DNA from: Eledone cirrhosa
Lineage: Eukaryota
Reading direction: 5' to 3'
Assembly (NCBI GenBank): GCA_964016885.1
Contig: OZ024740.1
Coordinates: 327,546,001-327,610,000, forward strand
DNA length: 64,000 nucleotides
The position numbers and the translations under genes are program-made. The notes under the pieces are model-generated. The model was not told where the DNA came from. It did no database searches and saw nothing but the letters and a program-made list of their open reading frames with translations. Position 1 is the first letter of the stretch. The number at the start of each line of letters is the position of its first letter. This document shows, one piece after another, positions 1-12,719 of this stretch.

Positions 1-1340
1 TTATATTTCATAATGCTAATATATTTTCTCAACTCTATCCATCCTAGATATGTATTCTCATTTGACTAATATTGAGTAGCCAGAGAAAATGTGGTTAATT
101 GTCTCTTCCCAACCTCCATATACTCTATAGTTTCTTATGATATTCTGCAATCTTAGATGTTTTTAAAAGTCTCTAGTGAGAAAGTTATGCTGCAGAAAGT
201 TATGATCCTTCTATGTCGTGTAATTCTCCTATTGTGCCATGTAGTTGTCAACAAATTTTGATATTTTCTCCATATTTACTTCCTACCTCTACTCAGTATT
301 CTGATATAAAAGGCATGTATGCATTCAGTCATTTGTTCTATTGGCTATGTAGGGATTCTTTTCTTTCCATTATTTTAGAATGTTAATAAAGTACCAGTAA
401 TGCACTGGGATAATTACTGGCCTTCTGCCAAAAATAGAAACAATTATTTTAGAATGTTAATCTGTAGCCGCATTTTTTTAGCTTAATTTTTTTTTTTTAG
501 TTTGTTTTATAATTGTTATTGTTTCTCATTTCAAACTTGTAGATGTTTTCTTGAAGATTAAAAACAGTTTTTTTCTTCGTGTTTTGTCACTACAGTATTT
601 GTATTAGTTTCCCCATTATTCTTTTTTAGATATTGTTTGTACAATATCGTATTGCTTTTCTAGTTGCAGAAGCTACTTATTTCCCTTTATTCCTAGTAAA
701 GTATATTCGCTGTGTAAAATTTTATGTGGATTATTCTAAATGCAGTAATTATTTTTCCCCTTTTCCTGACTAGTCTTGCTAATTATAACTGTAACATATT
801 ACTGGGAAAGACAGAGTATTGATGCATAATACATTATTTTTCACAATTACCTCTGTTTAAGTGTTAATCTTGGTCTTCTGTAATATTCCTTCCTAAACTT
901 TTCTTTCTTGTGCTTATTGTATCGACTGCACTCTCTCTATTTCGTTAATTGCTAAGTATTTATAAGTATATATTTGGTCTTGTCCCGTTAGCTATATTTC
1001 TTTATCTGACATGACATGTGTTTTGATTAATTTTTCTCTCTCCAAGGCGGCTTTGTTGTATTTTTCTAACATAAATTATACGTTAATGCTGCTAGTAAGT
1101 CCGTGTACTGTATATAACAGTTTTCTTTCTAGTCATTTATCGCCTGCAGCAATCCAACTTTAGAGGGTCGATGTTCAAGAGATGTTTGATTGTCCTCTCA
1201 AAACATTTGTATCCGTTTCCAGCCTGGTCTAACATATTGATAAAGGTACTGATCACAAGTAGAAAACGAATGAAAATTCCCCTTGAAATATTCCTCGTTA
1301 TTTTGTTTTTTATAATTCTCCCTTTTATATCTATCCATTG
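1..1340 (-). mobile_element. Decayed R4/Dong-like (RLE-type) non-LTR retrotransposon, RT to zinc-knuckle region
   Basis: Minus-strand translation with stops and frameshifts gives RGIFQG (~1300), TVHGLTSSINV*FMLEKYNKAALERE (~1040-1110, typical post-YMDD R4 segment), EGS*LSAA (~200) and ETINHIFSG (~80-105, CCHC region). Confidence 0.7.
388..442 (+). mobile_element. 5'-truncated SINE 3' end with 19-bp TSD
   Basis: aaagtaccagtaatgcactggg...ctggccttctgccaaaaatagaaac matches the tail of the 28157 SINE; attattttagaatgttaat is duplicated at 369-387 and 443-461. Confidence 0.75.
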
Positions 1341-1375
1341 AATTTTTGTTCCTTATTTGAAACTTGTTTGATATA

Positions 1376-1713
1376 CAGGGTGGTCCGAAAGTCTTGTCAC
1401 CCCCTACCAAAAAATAATGAGAAACAGTTTATGTTCCCATCGCAGTATCGTTTTCTTCGGAGGAGCTGGCTTGCCGAATCTTGCAGTGAAGCCATGTCAC
1501 ACATGCTCCATGCTCTTGCAAGAATGCACACGATCATATGTCCATACACTTGCAGGCAGCCTCTCTTCCAAACTGTAGGAGCTCTGAAATAGATAATTAT
1601 ATTATTATTATTATATATTATAATTAATGATATTATATATTATATTATTGAAACAAAACATGAAACTTAAAACAATATGTGACAAGGGGTGACAAGACTT
1701 TCTGACTACACTG
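1376..1713. mobile_element. Tc1/mariner-type MITE
   Basis: Imperfect ~28-bp TIRs cagggtggtccgaaagtcttgtcacccc / ggggtgacaagactttctgactacactg, flanked by TA at 1374-1375 and 1714-1715. Confidence 0.8.
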
Positions 1714-1735
1714 TACTGTTAATAGGACTTGGTTA

Positions 1736-1950
1736 GGGTGGTGGATCAGCAGACATTTTAGAACGTCATACGAAATATTTTTCAGCATCTAGCTGCTGTT
1801 CTTTACGTTCTACGTTCAAGTCTTGCCGCGCTCAACTTCACCTTTCATCCTTCTGGGTTTCATAAAATGTTCTACCAGTTAAGTCGCCTTTTAGATATAA
1901 TCGACTTTCACATTCCATCGAATTACTGGCCTTGAACTCATGTTAAAAAG
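1736..1950 (+). mobile_element. Old SINE copy
   Basis: Degenerate match to the 2288 and 28157 SINEs (ggtggatcagcag, cctttcatcctt, taccagt, aattactggccttg). Confidence 0.55.
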
Positions 1951-2287
1951 AATTATTTGGATGCACCATGACCTATTGGTCAAGAAGCTTGCTTCGTAAT
2001 TGGGCAGGTATTTTTTACCAACACCTCAAGTTGACCCATGTCTTGTAATTGTTGTGTAGACGAACATTAATTGGAAGCCCGTCGAAAAGCTTTGCCAAAA
2101 CACTGTCACGCTGAAATTCCCTGAGAATTTCGTTACGAGTACACGTGTCTATGAAATGTTCAGGAATTTACACGTTAATACCATGAGAAAGCTGTTATAT
2201 TGATCGAACAACTGGAACACGCACCGTTGTAACTGACGGAGGTCCATTATATTTCATTATTTATTTATTTATTTATTTATTACCTAG

Positions 2288-2494
2288 GGCGGTGGATGGG
2301 CAGTATCGGTAGAGGGTCGGACGCCATGCTTTTCAGCATAGAGTTACGGCTCTTTCAAATCCCGCCGAGGTTAACTTTGCCTTTCATCCTTATGGGGTCG
2401 ATAAAATAAAGTACCAGTCACGCACTGGGGTCTATTTAATCGACTCCCCCCCCCCCAATTACTGGCCTTGTGCCTATATAAGAAACCATTATTT
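2288..2494 (+). mobile_element. tRNA-type SINE (octopus OR/OK-like, Meta-type core)
   Basis: A-box-like start ggcggtggatgggcag, partial B box ttcaaatccc, core gcctttcatccttatggggtcgataaaataaagtaccag, attatt tail, near-TSD atttatttat(t/c)acct. Confidence 0.75.
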
Positions 2495-3027
2495 ATTTAT
2501 CACCTGTTTTTCAGTAATCTATTAATTCCACCAGCGTTATCTTTAGGAGTCGATAAAATAAGTTTCAGTAAACTAATGAATCCAATCTCTTCAACTGAGA
2601 TAAAGTCCACATTATTAATGTCTTTAATCCAATGCGAGAGAATATTATTTTTCATTGTGTGTATTTCTTCGAGCACCTACAATATTCAGCATTTAGTGCT
2701 GTTTTTAATTTCGATGTCAAATCCTGGCTTATATGGCTCTTCTGCTGTTTCACTGCATAACTTTTGTAGCATGTTTAATATTTAGATTTATTGACTGAAT
2801 AGAAGATGAATTTGCTGGAGACGCCTAGTTCGGTTTCTGCACGATTTATCAATCTGCATTCAGTGTTTCACATGTATAGATTTTACGGACAAAACCAACC
2901 GACAAGAGAGCCAGGGATAGGCCCCGAGCAAGGAAGGGATCCAGCCGGATCAGTTGCTGACGGTTGCTTCTGACCCAGGACCCGATGGAAGGAGTGTTTG
3001 AGGACTCTGCTCCCACGACCTTCTCAG

Positions 3028-3119
3028 GAAGAAGAAGAAGAAGAAGAAGAAGAAGAAGAAGAAGAAGAAGAAGAAGAAGAAGAAGAAGAAGAAGAAGAAG
3101 AAGAAGAAGAAGAAGAAGA
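3028..3119 (+). repeat. (GAA)n microsatellite
   Basis: Pure GAA run. Confidence 0.95.
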
Positions 3120-3451
3120 CATCCAATGTTTGTTAACAAGTTTTCTTTGTAATCATTTGTGGTAATGTATGGCTTATTCAGAGTGAACCGTTTTACTCTA
3201 TTAACTATCTAAATATAGTTGAGTTACTATTGTTATGTTTAACTATTGATGGCATTATATGTGTTAGTGTATGTCATTTTGAAAATATATACCGAAAGAA
3301 ATAGTGAAAGATACGTAGACGGATTTAATAAAAATATTTTTTAAATTATTTTTATCTCGGAAGCTACCTTTAAAAAATACTAGTTTTTTTGCTTTTCCTT
3401 CTGTCCTTAACTCCCTCATACATACACACAAGTATACATTTATGTGTAAAA

Positions 3452-3534
3452 ATATATATATATATATATATATATATGCATATATATATATATATGCATA
3501 TATATATATATATATGCATATATATATATATATG

Positions 3535-3582
<48 letters not shown>

Positions 3583-3686
3583 TATATATATATATATATA
3601 TGCATATATATATATATATGCATATATATATATATATATATATATATGCATATATATATATATATATATATGCATATATATATATA

Positions 3687-3724
<38 letters not shown>

Positions 3725-3736
3725 TATATATATATA

Positions 3737-3778
<42 letters not shown>

Positions 3779-3824
3779 TATATATATATATATATATATG
3801 CATATATATATATATATATATATA

Positions 3825-3870
<46 letters not shown>

Positions 3871-3904
3871 TATATATATATATATATATGCATATATATA
3901 TATA

Positions 3905-3982
<78 letters not shown>

Positions 3983-4002
3983 TATATATATATATATATA
4001 TA

Positions 4003-4076
<74 letters not shown>

Positions 4077-4096
4077 TATATATATATAGATATATA

Positions 4097-4169
<73 letters not shown>

Positions 4170-4430
4170 GCATATATATATGCATATATATATATATATA
4201 TATATATGCATATATATATATATATATGCATATATATATATATATATATGCATATATATATGCATATATATATATATATATATATATGCATATATATATA
4301 TATATATGCATATATATATATATATATAGACATATATATATATAGAGACATATATATATATATATATAGACATATATATATATATATAGACATATATATA
4401 TATATATATATATAGACATATATATATATA

Positions 4431-4484
<54 letters not shown>

Positions 4485-4485
4485 C

Positions 4486-4564
<79 letters not shown>

Positions 4565-4581
4565 CACATATATATATATAC

Positions 4582-4636
<55 letters not shown>

Positions 4637-4665
4637 CATATATATGTACATATATATATATATAC

Positions 4666-4729
<64 letters not shown>
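3452..4729. repeat. Degenerate (TA)n tract; representative of many in the window (6.2-8.05, 15.3-15.9, 29.9-31.3, 31.9-32.5, 35.2-43.2, 47.0-48.2, 51.6-52.3, 59.3-60.9, 61.6-63.25 kb)
   Basis: TA repeats interrupted by TGCA, AGAC and TACA variants. Confidence 0.95.
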
Positions 4730-4730
<1 letters not shown>

Positions 4731-4776
4731 AGATTATCCAAGATGTAGTAATGGTTAATTACTACACTGGATATGG

Positions 4777-5490
4777 TTGACGTACGGTAAGAGGTTACAC
4801 TTCCCTAGTTCCCATAAGTACAGCAAAATTCTGAACTCCAAAACTATTAGACTATCATACTCCACGGCACCAAACCTTGAAGCATACATAAAAAAACTTA
4901 ACTTAAGGCAATTAAACAACTCTACAAAACAAAACATTTTAGTAACAGATGGGCAGAACGCAATATATGCCTCCCAACCACTAAATGGGAGACGGGTATT
5001 GCACAACCCACCCGTACCGCTATCACAACCTATCCATGGTATACCCGCTACCCACAACAAAGCATGTAACTGCCATCTACCTGAAAGATGTCCATTGCAG
5101 AATGAATGCCTAAAGTCCAACATTGTTTACCAATGCACGGTTGAATCGGACGACCAGAAATGGTATTATATCGGATCTACCACCACATCGTTTAAATCTC
5201 GCTGGTACCGTCATCGATTCTCAATCAAACATCAGAATCACCGTTTTGTGACCACGCTCGCCAACAAGACCTGGCAACTCCGTGAACACAACCAACAGTT
5301 CACCTTAAAATGGGATATACTTTCCAGCGCAAATGCATATCGGAGTGGTTTGAAGTACTACAGGTTATGTAACCTTGAGCTATTTTACATACTAAAATCC
5401 AAAAACAAACTACTTAACGATAGAATTGAACGATCATTATACTGCAACCACAAACTAAAAGCTAAATTCTCTCACTATAAAATAACTTAA
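4777..5490 (+). pseudogene. PLE linker plus GIY-YIG endonuclease fragment (Naiad-like)
   Basis: CNC..CPL...CL..NIVY...YIGST..FK.R...H, RLCNLE and LLNDR.E...CNH motifs. Confidence 0.85.
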
Positions 5491-5981
5491 CATTCGAACC
5501 CGTAACTACAACACCACTTTCTAGCTAACAACCTTCTCTTCCCCCCACACTACAAGACAATACACTGCTTATCACTATACATGGTAACTCAGTACAACTC
5601 CTAGAATACTACTACAATACCAAAAGTTCACTCACCACACATATTTATCTGTCCCCTCTCTACCTATATATCTCTCTCTACATCCATTACACTCTCTCTC
5701 TCTCACCTTTGACCTACCTCCCTCTCAACATTTATGAACCTGCCCTCTGGGGCAATAAATAATTCCGACCTCAACTATCTACGCATCTCTCCAAAAGTAA
5801 CTAATAAAACCCCTACCATAACATTTTGATTAAGATATCTACAAGCCACTCTCTCCTACTTCTCCAACCCCTGCATATCTTTCCTTCTCTCTACTTCTTC
5901 CCTACTTTTCTCTCTTCCTGTTCCACTCTATCTTCCCCAACAACCCCACTTAAGGGTTTTTACATTGTATATTTACCATTC

Positions 5982-6093
5982 TGCTCTGAGGAAACAGTGG
6001 TCACAGCATTGGATATTCGAGTTCTGCAAATACTTGTGAATTTGCACGTAGCGGAACTAGGCTGCAGCACCACCGTGGATACACCTGTAAGCA
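5982..6093 (+). ncRNA. Degenerate type-I hammerhead ribozyme with long stem II
   Basis: tgct CUGAGGA, stem II acagtggt...accaccgt, GAUA (GAAA mutated), cacctg UA agca. Confidence 0.55.
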
Positions 6094-6180
6094 CACGATG
6101 AATACTTAGAGGAGACTACCTGTATTATTGGATGTCGTCTGTTAGTAGTATTTATGTTTATATATATATGTATGTATAGA

Positions 6181-6211
<31 letters not shown>

Positions 6212-6223
6212 CTATATATATAC

Positions 6224-6254
<31 letters not shown>

Positions 6255-6259
6255 GATAC

Positions 6260-6290
<31 letters not shown>

Positions 6291-6315
6291 ATACATATAT
6301 ATATATAGATACATA

Positions 6316-6347
<32 letters not shown>

Positions 6348-6440
6348 CATATACATATATATACATATATATATATACATATATATACATATATATTATT
6401 ATACATATATATACATATATAGTATATACATATATATACA

Positions 6441-6626
<186 letters not shown>

Positions 6627-6631
6627 TATAA

Positions 6632-6716
<85 letters not shown>

Positions 6717-6769
6717 CATATATATATACATATATATATATATACATATACATATATATATATATAAAC

Positions 6770-7088
<319 letters not shown>

Positions 7089-7117
7089 TATTATATATAT
7101 ATATACATATATATACA

Positions 7118-7186
<69 letters not shown>

Positions 7187-7251
7187 CATATATATATACA
7201 TATATATATACATATATATATATATACATATACATATATATATATATAAAC

Positions 7252-7419
<168 letters not shown>

Positions 7420-7482
7420 TATATATATATATACATATATATATATATACATATATATATACATATATATATATACATATAC

Positions 7483-7547
<65 letters not shown>

Positions 7548-7576
7548 CATATATATATATATACATATATATAGAC

Positions 7577-7667
<91 letters not shown>

Positions 7668-7713
7668 CATATATATATATACATATATATATATATACAT
7701 ATATATATACACA

Positions 7714-7763
<50 letters not shown>

Positions 7764-7828
7764 TATGTACATATATATATATATACATATATATATATAC
7801 ATATATATGTACATATATATATATATAC

Positions 7829-7909
<81 letters not shown>

Positions 7910-7911
7910 GA

Positions 7912-7961
<50 letters not shown>

Positions 7962-8002
7962 CATATACATATATATACATATATATATATACATATATAT
8001 AC

Positions 8003-8053
<51 letters not shown>

Positions 8054-8167
8054 TAAGAGGAATTCCAACTTTGTCTGATTTACTCGTTTTATTTACAATC
8101 CTTTAAAATATATATAATGGTATTATAATGAAATAGTATGATAGAATATTAAATTCTAAGTGTTAAT

Positions 8168-8206
8168 TGAACAAGTACTTTCATGCTTTCGCAATCTTCA
8201 GGTTCA
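8168..8206 (-). ncRNA. Minimal type-I hammerhead ribozyme
   Basis: tgaac CUGAAGA ttgc-gaaa-gcat GAAA gtac UU gttca; palindromic stem III. Confidence 0.85.
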
Positions 8207-8584
8207 TGATATGTGGTGACAGTCGAGTTTGCAATTTTCAACTGTAATGAGATGGGTAAATTTCCTACCTTTTATACATTTTATACAGAGAAAAGTGGCT
8301 CCAGAATGCAAAGCCCTGTAAACTGTATTTCGACCAATCAGTGTGTAGTTTCATTGAATTACTACAGCTGATTGGTTTAAGCGTCACGGCTGGTTGAACA
8401 TGCTAACGACCAATAGTCATATCCAACGTATCAATTGTTTTGCTTTTTTGAAATGATGAAAATAGCATTTTCTATTAATCATCACCATCAACATCACTTT
8501 TATTATTATTATTATTATTGTTGTTGTTGTTGTTGTTAGTGGTCGTGGTCATAGTGGTAGTAGAAGTAATACCCCTAGGCGTTA

Positions 8585-10912
8585 TTATTGTTCATTTAGC
8601 TTGGGTTTGAATTTATCAATAAAATTCTTTTCTTTGATTTTTCTCTTGATTTCATTTGGGCTGTGTAATTTGTAGAATGGGAATATTATAAATATTCCCT
8701 GACCACATGTTGCCAGGTGGCCGCTTAGGGGTATCTGACGGACATTTGGGTCTCTGATTTGTTGACGGTGTACCCGTGCACGTTCCGATAGTGCATTTCC
8801 AGTTTGACCGACATATAGTTCTTCACAATTCGGGCATTTAATGCAGTAAATTAGATTTCTGCTTTTGCAGTTCATATTTGCATTTGTGAATATTTTTCCA
8901 GTTTTTGTTTTCATATATTGACCGGCGTGTATGGATTGACATGTGCCGCATCGATTATCATTGCATTTAGATACAGTGAATGATTGGTCTTTGTTGTTAA
9001 GGTCAAACTTTGCTTTTGTTAGCAATTGCTTCAAATTTTTTGGCTGTCTTTTACTAAGAGTCAAAGATCGATCTGTGATTAAGCCTTTTAATTCATTACT
9101 TTGAGCAATGATCGGTAGGTTTGCTTTGGCAGTGTTGAAGATATTCTGGTGACATGGGTTGTGTGTCATTATAAATGGTATGACCAGTTCTTGGTTTCTT
9201 CTTCTTTGGGTTGTTCTAAGTTGTTGTATAGGTATTTTTATAGCCCGCTGTATGCCATTTTCTATAAGTAGAGATGGGTATTTTTGTTTGAGCAAAAATT
9301 CTCTTAGTTCTGTTAGGCGTTTGTACCTGGTATTCGTATCTTCTACAATGGTACAAATTCTTCTGGCTAGGCAGTATGGGATGTTGCGTTTTGTATGAGG
9401 TGGATGGCACGACTTAAAATTCAGATATTGATGGGTGTCTGTGTGTTTATAATATATATCCGTGGTAATGGTGGTGTCGTTTTTGATTATCATTATATCT
9501 AGGAATGGTAATTTGGTCCTACTCATCTCTTTTGTGAATTGGAGAGATGGGTGTAGGTTATTCAGGAGGATATTGAACTCATCCAGAGTATCTAGAGATT
9601 CTGTCCAGATGATGAAACAGTCGTCAAGGTATCTCTTCCAAGATTTTTCAATGTACTTTCTAAAGTCAGTACTATATTTTTCCTCTATTTCTTGGTAGAG
9701 TTGTTGTTCTAAGTATCCCATTACAGAGTTCGCGTAAACGGGAGCAAACTTCGTTCCCATCGCTGTGCCTCTAATTTGGATGTAATTCTTTCCATTGAAG
9801 AAGAAAGTGTTGTTTTCCAGAATAAGTTTAACTGCGTCTAATATAAATGGCGCTGTGAATCTAATGGGAATCACTTCTCTATGTTTTTCCACCCAGTATT
9901 TAACCGCCTTTATTCCTAAATCATGTGTAATGTTGGTGTAAAGGCTTACCACATCAAAACTGAGTAGAAGTGAATTCGTTTCCGTGGTTTTGGGAAGATG
10001 GGACAGGAAGTCGATATCATCCCGGATGAAACTGGGTATGTGAATACATAGTGGTTTCAAAATAATGTCAACAAAATTGCTTAGACGGTGAGTGGGGCAT
10101 GTTGGACCAGCTATAATAGGTCTAAGTTTTAAGTCTTTTGGGTGTAATAATTTAATGTACTCACTGTTTTGTTCTCTTACTGCCAGTTGTATTTCTTTTG
10201 ACTTGTGAACTTTCGGTAGGCCATACAGGTTGCTGGGTTTCGGCTCAAAATTGGTGATGTAGTCTCTTTCCTTATCAGTAAATGAGTTGTGGTATTTTGA
10301 AGCCAGGTTGTTGATCTTCTTCATGATGTTGTGGTCTATATTTGACGGTATTTCATGATAGAATGTTGTGTCTTTCAGTTGTTCCTCAACCAAATCCTTG
10401 TAGTATTCAGTATCCATTATAACAACTGCACCCCCTTTATCTGCTTGTTTAATTATTATTGTTTTATCATTTTGTATACGTTTAAGTGCAGACATTTCTG
10501 ATTTGTTAATGTTTGGCCTAACATTAGTATTATGTCTAAGAGGAAATTTAGACAGGATGTCAATGTATTGGTCGAGATAGATATTTCTTCCTTTTGGCGG
10601 AGTGAAATTTGATTTATTCTTTACTAGTGATTCATCACTCTCATTATTTTTATCAGCGAAGAATTCTACAAGACGTAATTTTCGACAGAATTCTTGGGTA
10701 TCCTCCTTCAGTTCTTGGTGGTTGACTGTCGGAGTCGGTGTGAATTTCAGTCCTTTTGACAGAATTTGCATTTCATCATTGTCAAGATCTCTTTTAGATA
10801 AATTAATTATTTTAGGATCTACGTGTACAGCTGTTTTGGGTATGTTTCCTCCTGGAGTTTTTCTTTTTCCGGTTTTTGTTGTCCTGACGTTAAAAAATGA
10901 ATTTTTCTCTGT
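8585..10912 (-). CDS. PLE reverse transcriptase-GIY-YIG polyprotein (first ATG 10771; frame open to 10912)
   Basis: IINLS..KGLKF, ADKGG, YGLPKVHK, RPII, FDVVSLY, GTAMG, RYLDD, FLD, C-NDNR-C-GT-C linker, LIY..C..C...YVGQT. Confidence 0.95.
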   Translation of the reverse strand, partial: TEKNSFFNVRTTKTGKRKTPGGNIPKTAVHVDPKIINLSKRDLDNDEMQILSKGLKFTPTPTVNHQELKEDTQEFCRKLRLVEFFADKNNESDESLVKNKSNFTPPKGRNIYLDQYIDILSKFPLRHNTNVRPNINKSEMSALKRIQNDKTIIIKQADKGGAVVIMDTEYYKDLVEEQLKDTTFYHEIPSNIDHNIMKKINNLASKYHNSFTDKERDYITNFEPKPSNLYGLPKVHKSKEIQLAVREQNSEYIKLLHPKDLKLRPIIAGPTCPTHRLSNFVDIILKPLCIHIPSFIRDDIDFLSHLPKTTETNSLLLSFDVVSLYTNITHDLGIKAVKYWVEKHREVIPIRFTAPFILDAVKLILENNTFFFNGKNYIQIRGTAMGTKFAPVYANSVMGYLEQQLYQEIEEKYSTDFRKYIEKSWKRYLDDCFIIWTESLDTLDEFNILLNNLHPSLQFTKEMSRTKLPFLDIMIIKNDTTITTDIYYKHTDTHQYLNFKSCHPPHTKRNIPYCLARRICTIVEDTNTRYKRLTELREFLLKQKYPSLLIENGIQRAIKIPIQQLRTTQRRRNQELVIPFIMTHNPCHQNIFNTAKANLPIIAQSNELKGLITDRSLTLSKRQPKNLKQLLTKAKFDLNNKDQSFTVSKCNDNRCGTCQSIHAGQYMKTKTGKIFTNANMNCKSRNLIYCIKCPNCEELYVGQTGNALSERARVHRQQIRDPNVRQIPLSGHLATCGQGIFIIFPFYKLHSPNEIKRKIKEKNFIDKFKPKLNEQ

Positions 10913-12101
10913 TCAGGATTTATATTCCTGTTGGTGTTCGCTTGATGAACTTTTGGTCGTGATATTATATTTGGTTTCGTTATGTATTTTGTCCTATTTT
11001 TGGTATTCTGTATATTATTTTTCTTCCTGTTAGCATTATTTTTAACAATCTGGGAAAATGACCTAGGTTTGCTTTCAGGTTTAGATCGTTTTTTCGTCCA
11101 GTTTCTTGTGGGCAATCTCTGTTGAGATCTTGAGAGTGATCTGGTTATTCTACGTTTTGTTTCCACATTCCTTGTTGGTAGTCTCTGTTGAGATCTTGAG
11201 AATGATCTCCTGGTTTTACTACTTCTCATGGTCTGGTCAAAGGAATACCTATCGTGTTTGTGCTTTTTGTTCATGTTGTGTGCGATAGGGTGTTTTTGTA
11301 GAAAAAGCGAAGAGTTATTACCGTAGTTCTTCTTTGATTCAAGGTAAGGTGAGTGTTTGTGTTGGCACGTGTTCTGGCGTATGTTGTGTTGATGAGATTG
11401 TCCACTTTTAATGCTTTTTCTCAGGGTTCCAGAGTCTTTACCGTAATTTGCAGCACTCCGATCCATAGTTCTCGTAGTTTTTCAGCTATAATACCAGTCG
11501 TTAGCTTTGAAATTTCAACTTCAATTTGGTCATCAATAGCTTCATATTTGGCTTTGTAGCGGGAATGTTTACATTCAGAAATGGAGATGTCGGTCCTGAA
11601 TTTTGTCAATGTAAGTTCCCATCGGAGTTTTGTTTCTTCTTCTGGTTCTCCTGCAATTTCTGTAATTAGGTATTTACGAGGGAGTATGGGTGCCGTTAGA
11701 GAGAGCCATTTCGAATGTGTTTCGACATATATTTCGCATCTGTATGCTTTCCAGAAATTTTGTTTTCTTATGTTAAGGAATTTTTTCCATGTCTTCCACA
11801 TTTCTTTTCTTATTCGATGTGTTTTGTTTTCCAAATTTCTTTCGTTTATTTCTGACATCCAAGGGGGTTGTGGTAGGCTTTCTCTTGTATCTTTGATAAC
11901 TGTTGGTATAATTTCAGCTAAATTCTTAATTTCAGAGTTTATATGTTCAGTTATAAGTTTTCCGTCTGTAGATTGTTTTTCTATTTCCTTTAAAATAGAG
12001 GATTGTGTGTCCATCATCGTGATAAGTGTTGATAATTTCGATGATATCTCCTTTAGAATTCTTTCTGATTCTGTTGGTTTCATTTGTTGCTTTCCAGACA
12101 T
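10819..12101 (-). CDS. PLE upstream ORF1 region: a helical part 11421-12101 and a basic low-complexity part 10819-11466, probably one ORF broken by indels
   Basis: ORFs of 226 and 215 aa between the pLTR and RT; duplicated SRSQQRLPTRN peptide. Confidence 0.6.
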
Positions 12102-12305
12102 GTTGGCATATACACAATAGGAATATATATATAGATATAGATAGGTAAATATACACGGGTGTGTATGATTGTGTATAGAAGATTATATTAATAAGAGGAA
12201 TTCCAACTTTGTCTGATTTACTCGTTTTATTTACAATCCTTTAAAATATATATAATGGTATTATAATGAAATAGTATGATAGAATATTAAATTCTAAGTG
12301 TTAAT

Positions 12306-12344
12306 TGAACAAGTACTTTCATGCTTTCGCAATCTTCAGGTTCA
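12306..12344 (-). ncRNA. Hammerhead ribozyme, copy 2, upstream of the full PLE copy
   Basis: Identical to 8168-8206. Confidence 0.85.
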
Positions 12345-12719
12345 TGATATGTGGTGACAGTCGAGTTTGCAATTTTCAACTGTAATGAGATGGGTAAATT
12401 TCCTACCTTTTATACATTTTATACAGAGAAAAGTGGCTCCAGAATGCAAAGCCCTGTAAACTGTATTTCGACCAATCAGTGTGTAGTTTCACTGAATTAC
12501 TACAGCTGATTGGTTTAAGCGTCACGGCTGGTTGAACATGCTAACGACCAATAGTCATATCCAACGTATCAATTGTTTTGCTTTTTTGAAATGATGAAAA
12601 TAGCATTTTCTATTAATCATCACCATCAACATCACTTTTATTATTATTATTATTGTTGTTGTTGTTGTTGTTAGTGGTCGTGGTCATAGTGGTAGTAGAA
12701 GTAATACCCCTAGGCGTTA

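Larger units (their letters stand above)
4730..6160 (+). mobile_element. 5'-truncated Naiad-type Penelope-like element (GIY-YIG end, 3' region and HHR) in (TA)n
   Basis: GIY-YIG ORF, HHR-like motif at 5982-6093, TA tracts on both sides. Confidence 0.8.

Noticed and set aside
2849-3152. Poly-L and poly-R ORFs (also the 19.0-19.4 and 24.5-24.9 kb poly-F/S ORFs)
   Set aside because: Artefacts of (GAA)n runs.
11421-11466. A second programmed frameshift within PLE ORF1
   Set aside because: No slippery heptamer; more likely an indel mutation or sequence error.
9159-12120. Plus-strand ORFs over the PLE (likewise over the CR1 and RTE elements)
   Set aside because: Antisense shadows of real coding frames.
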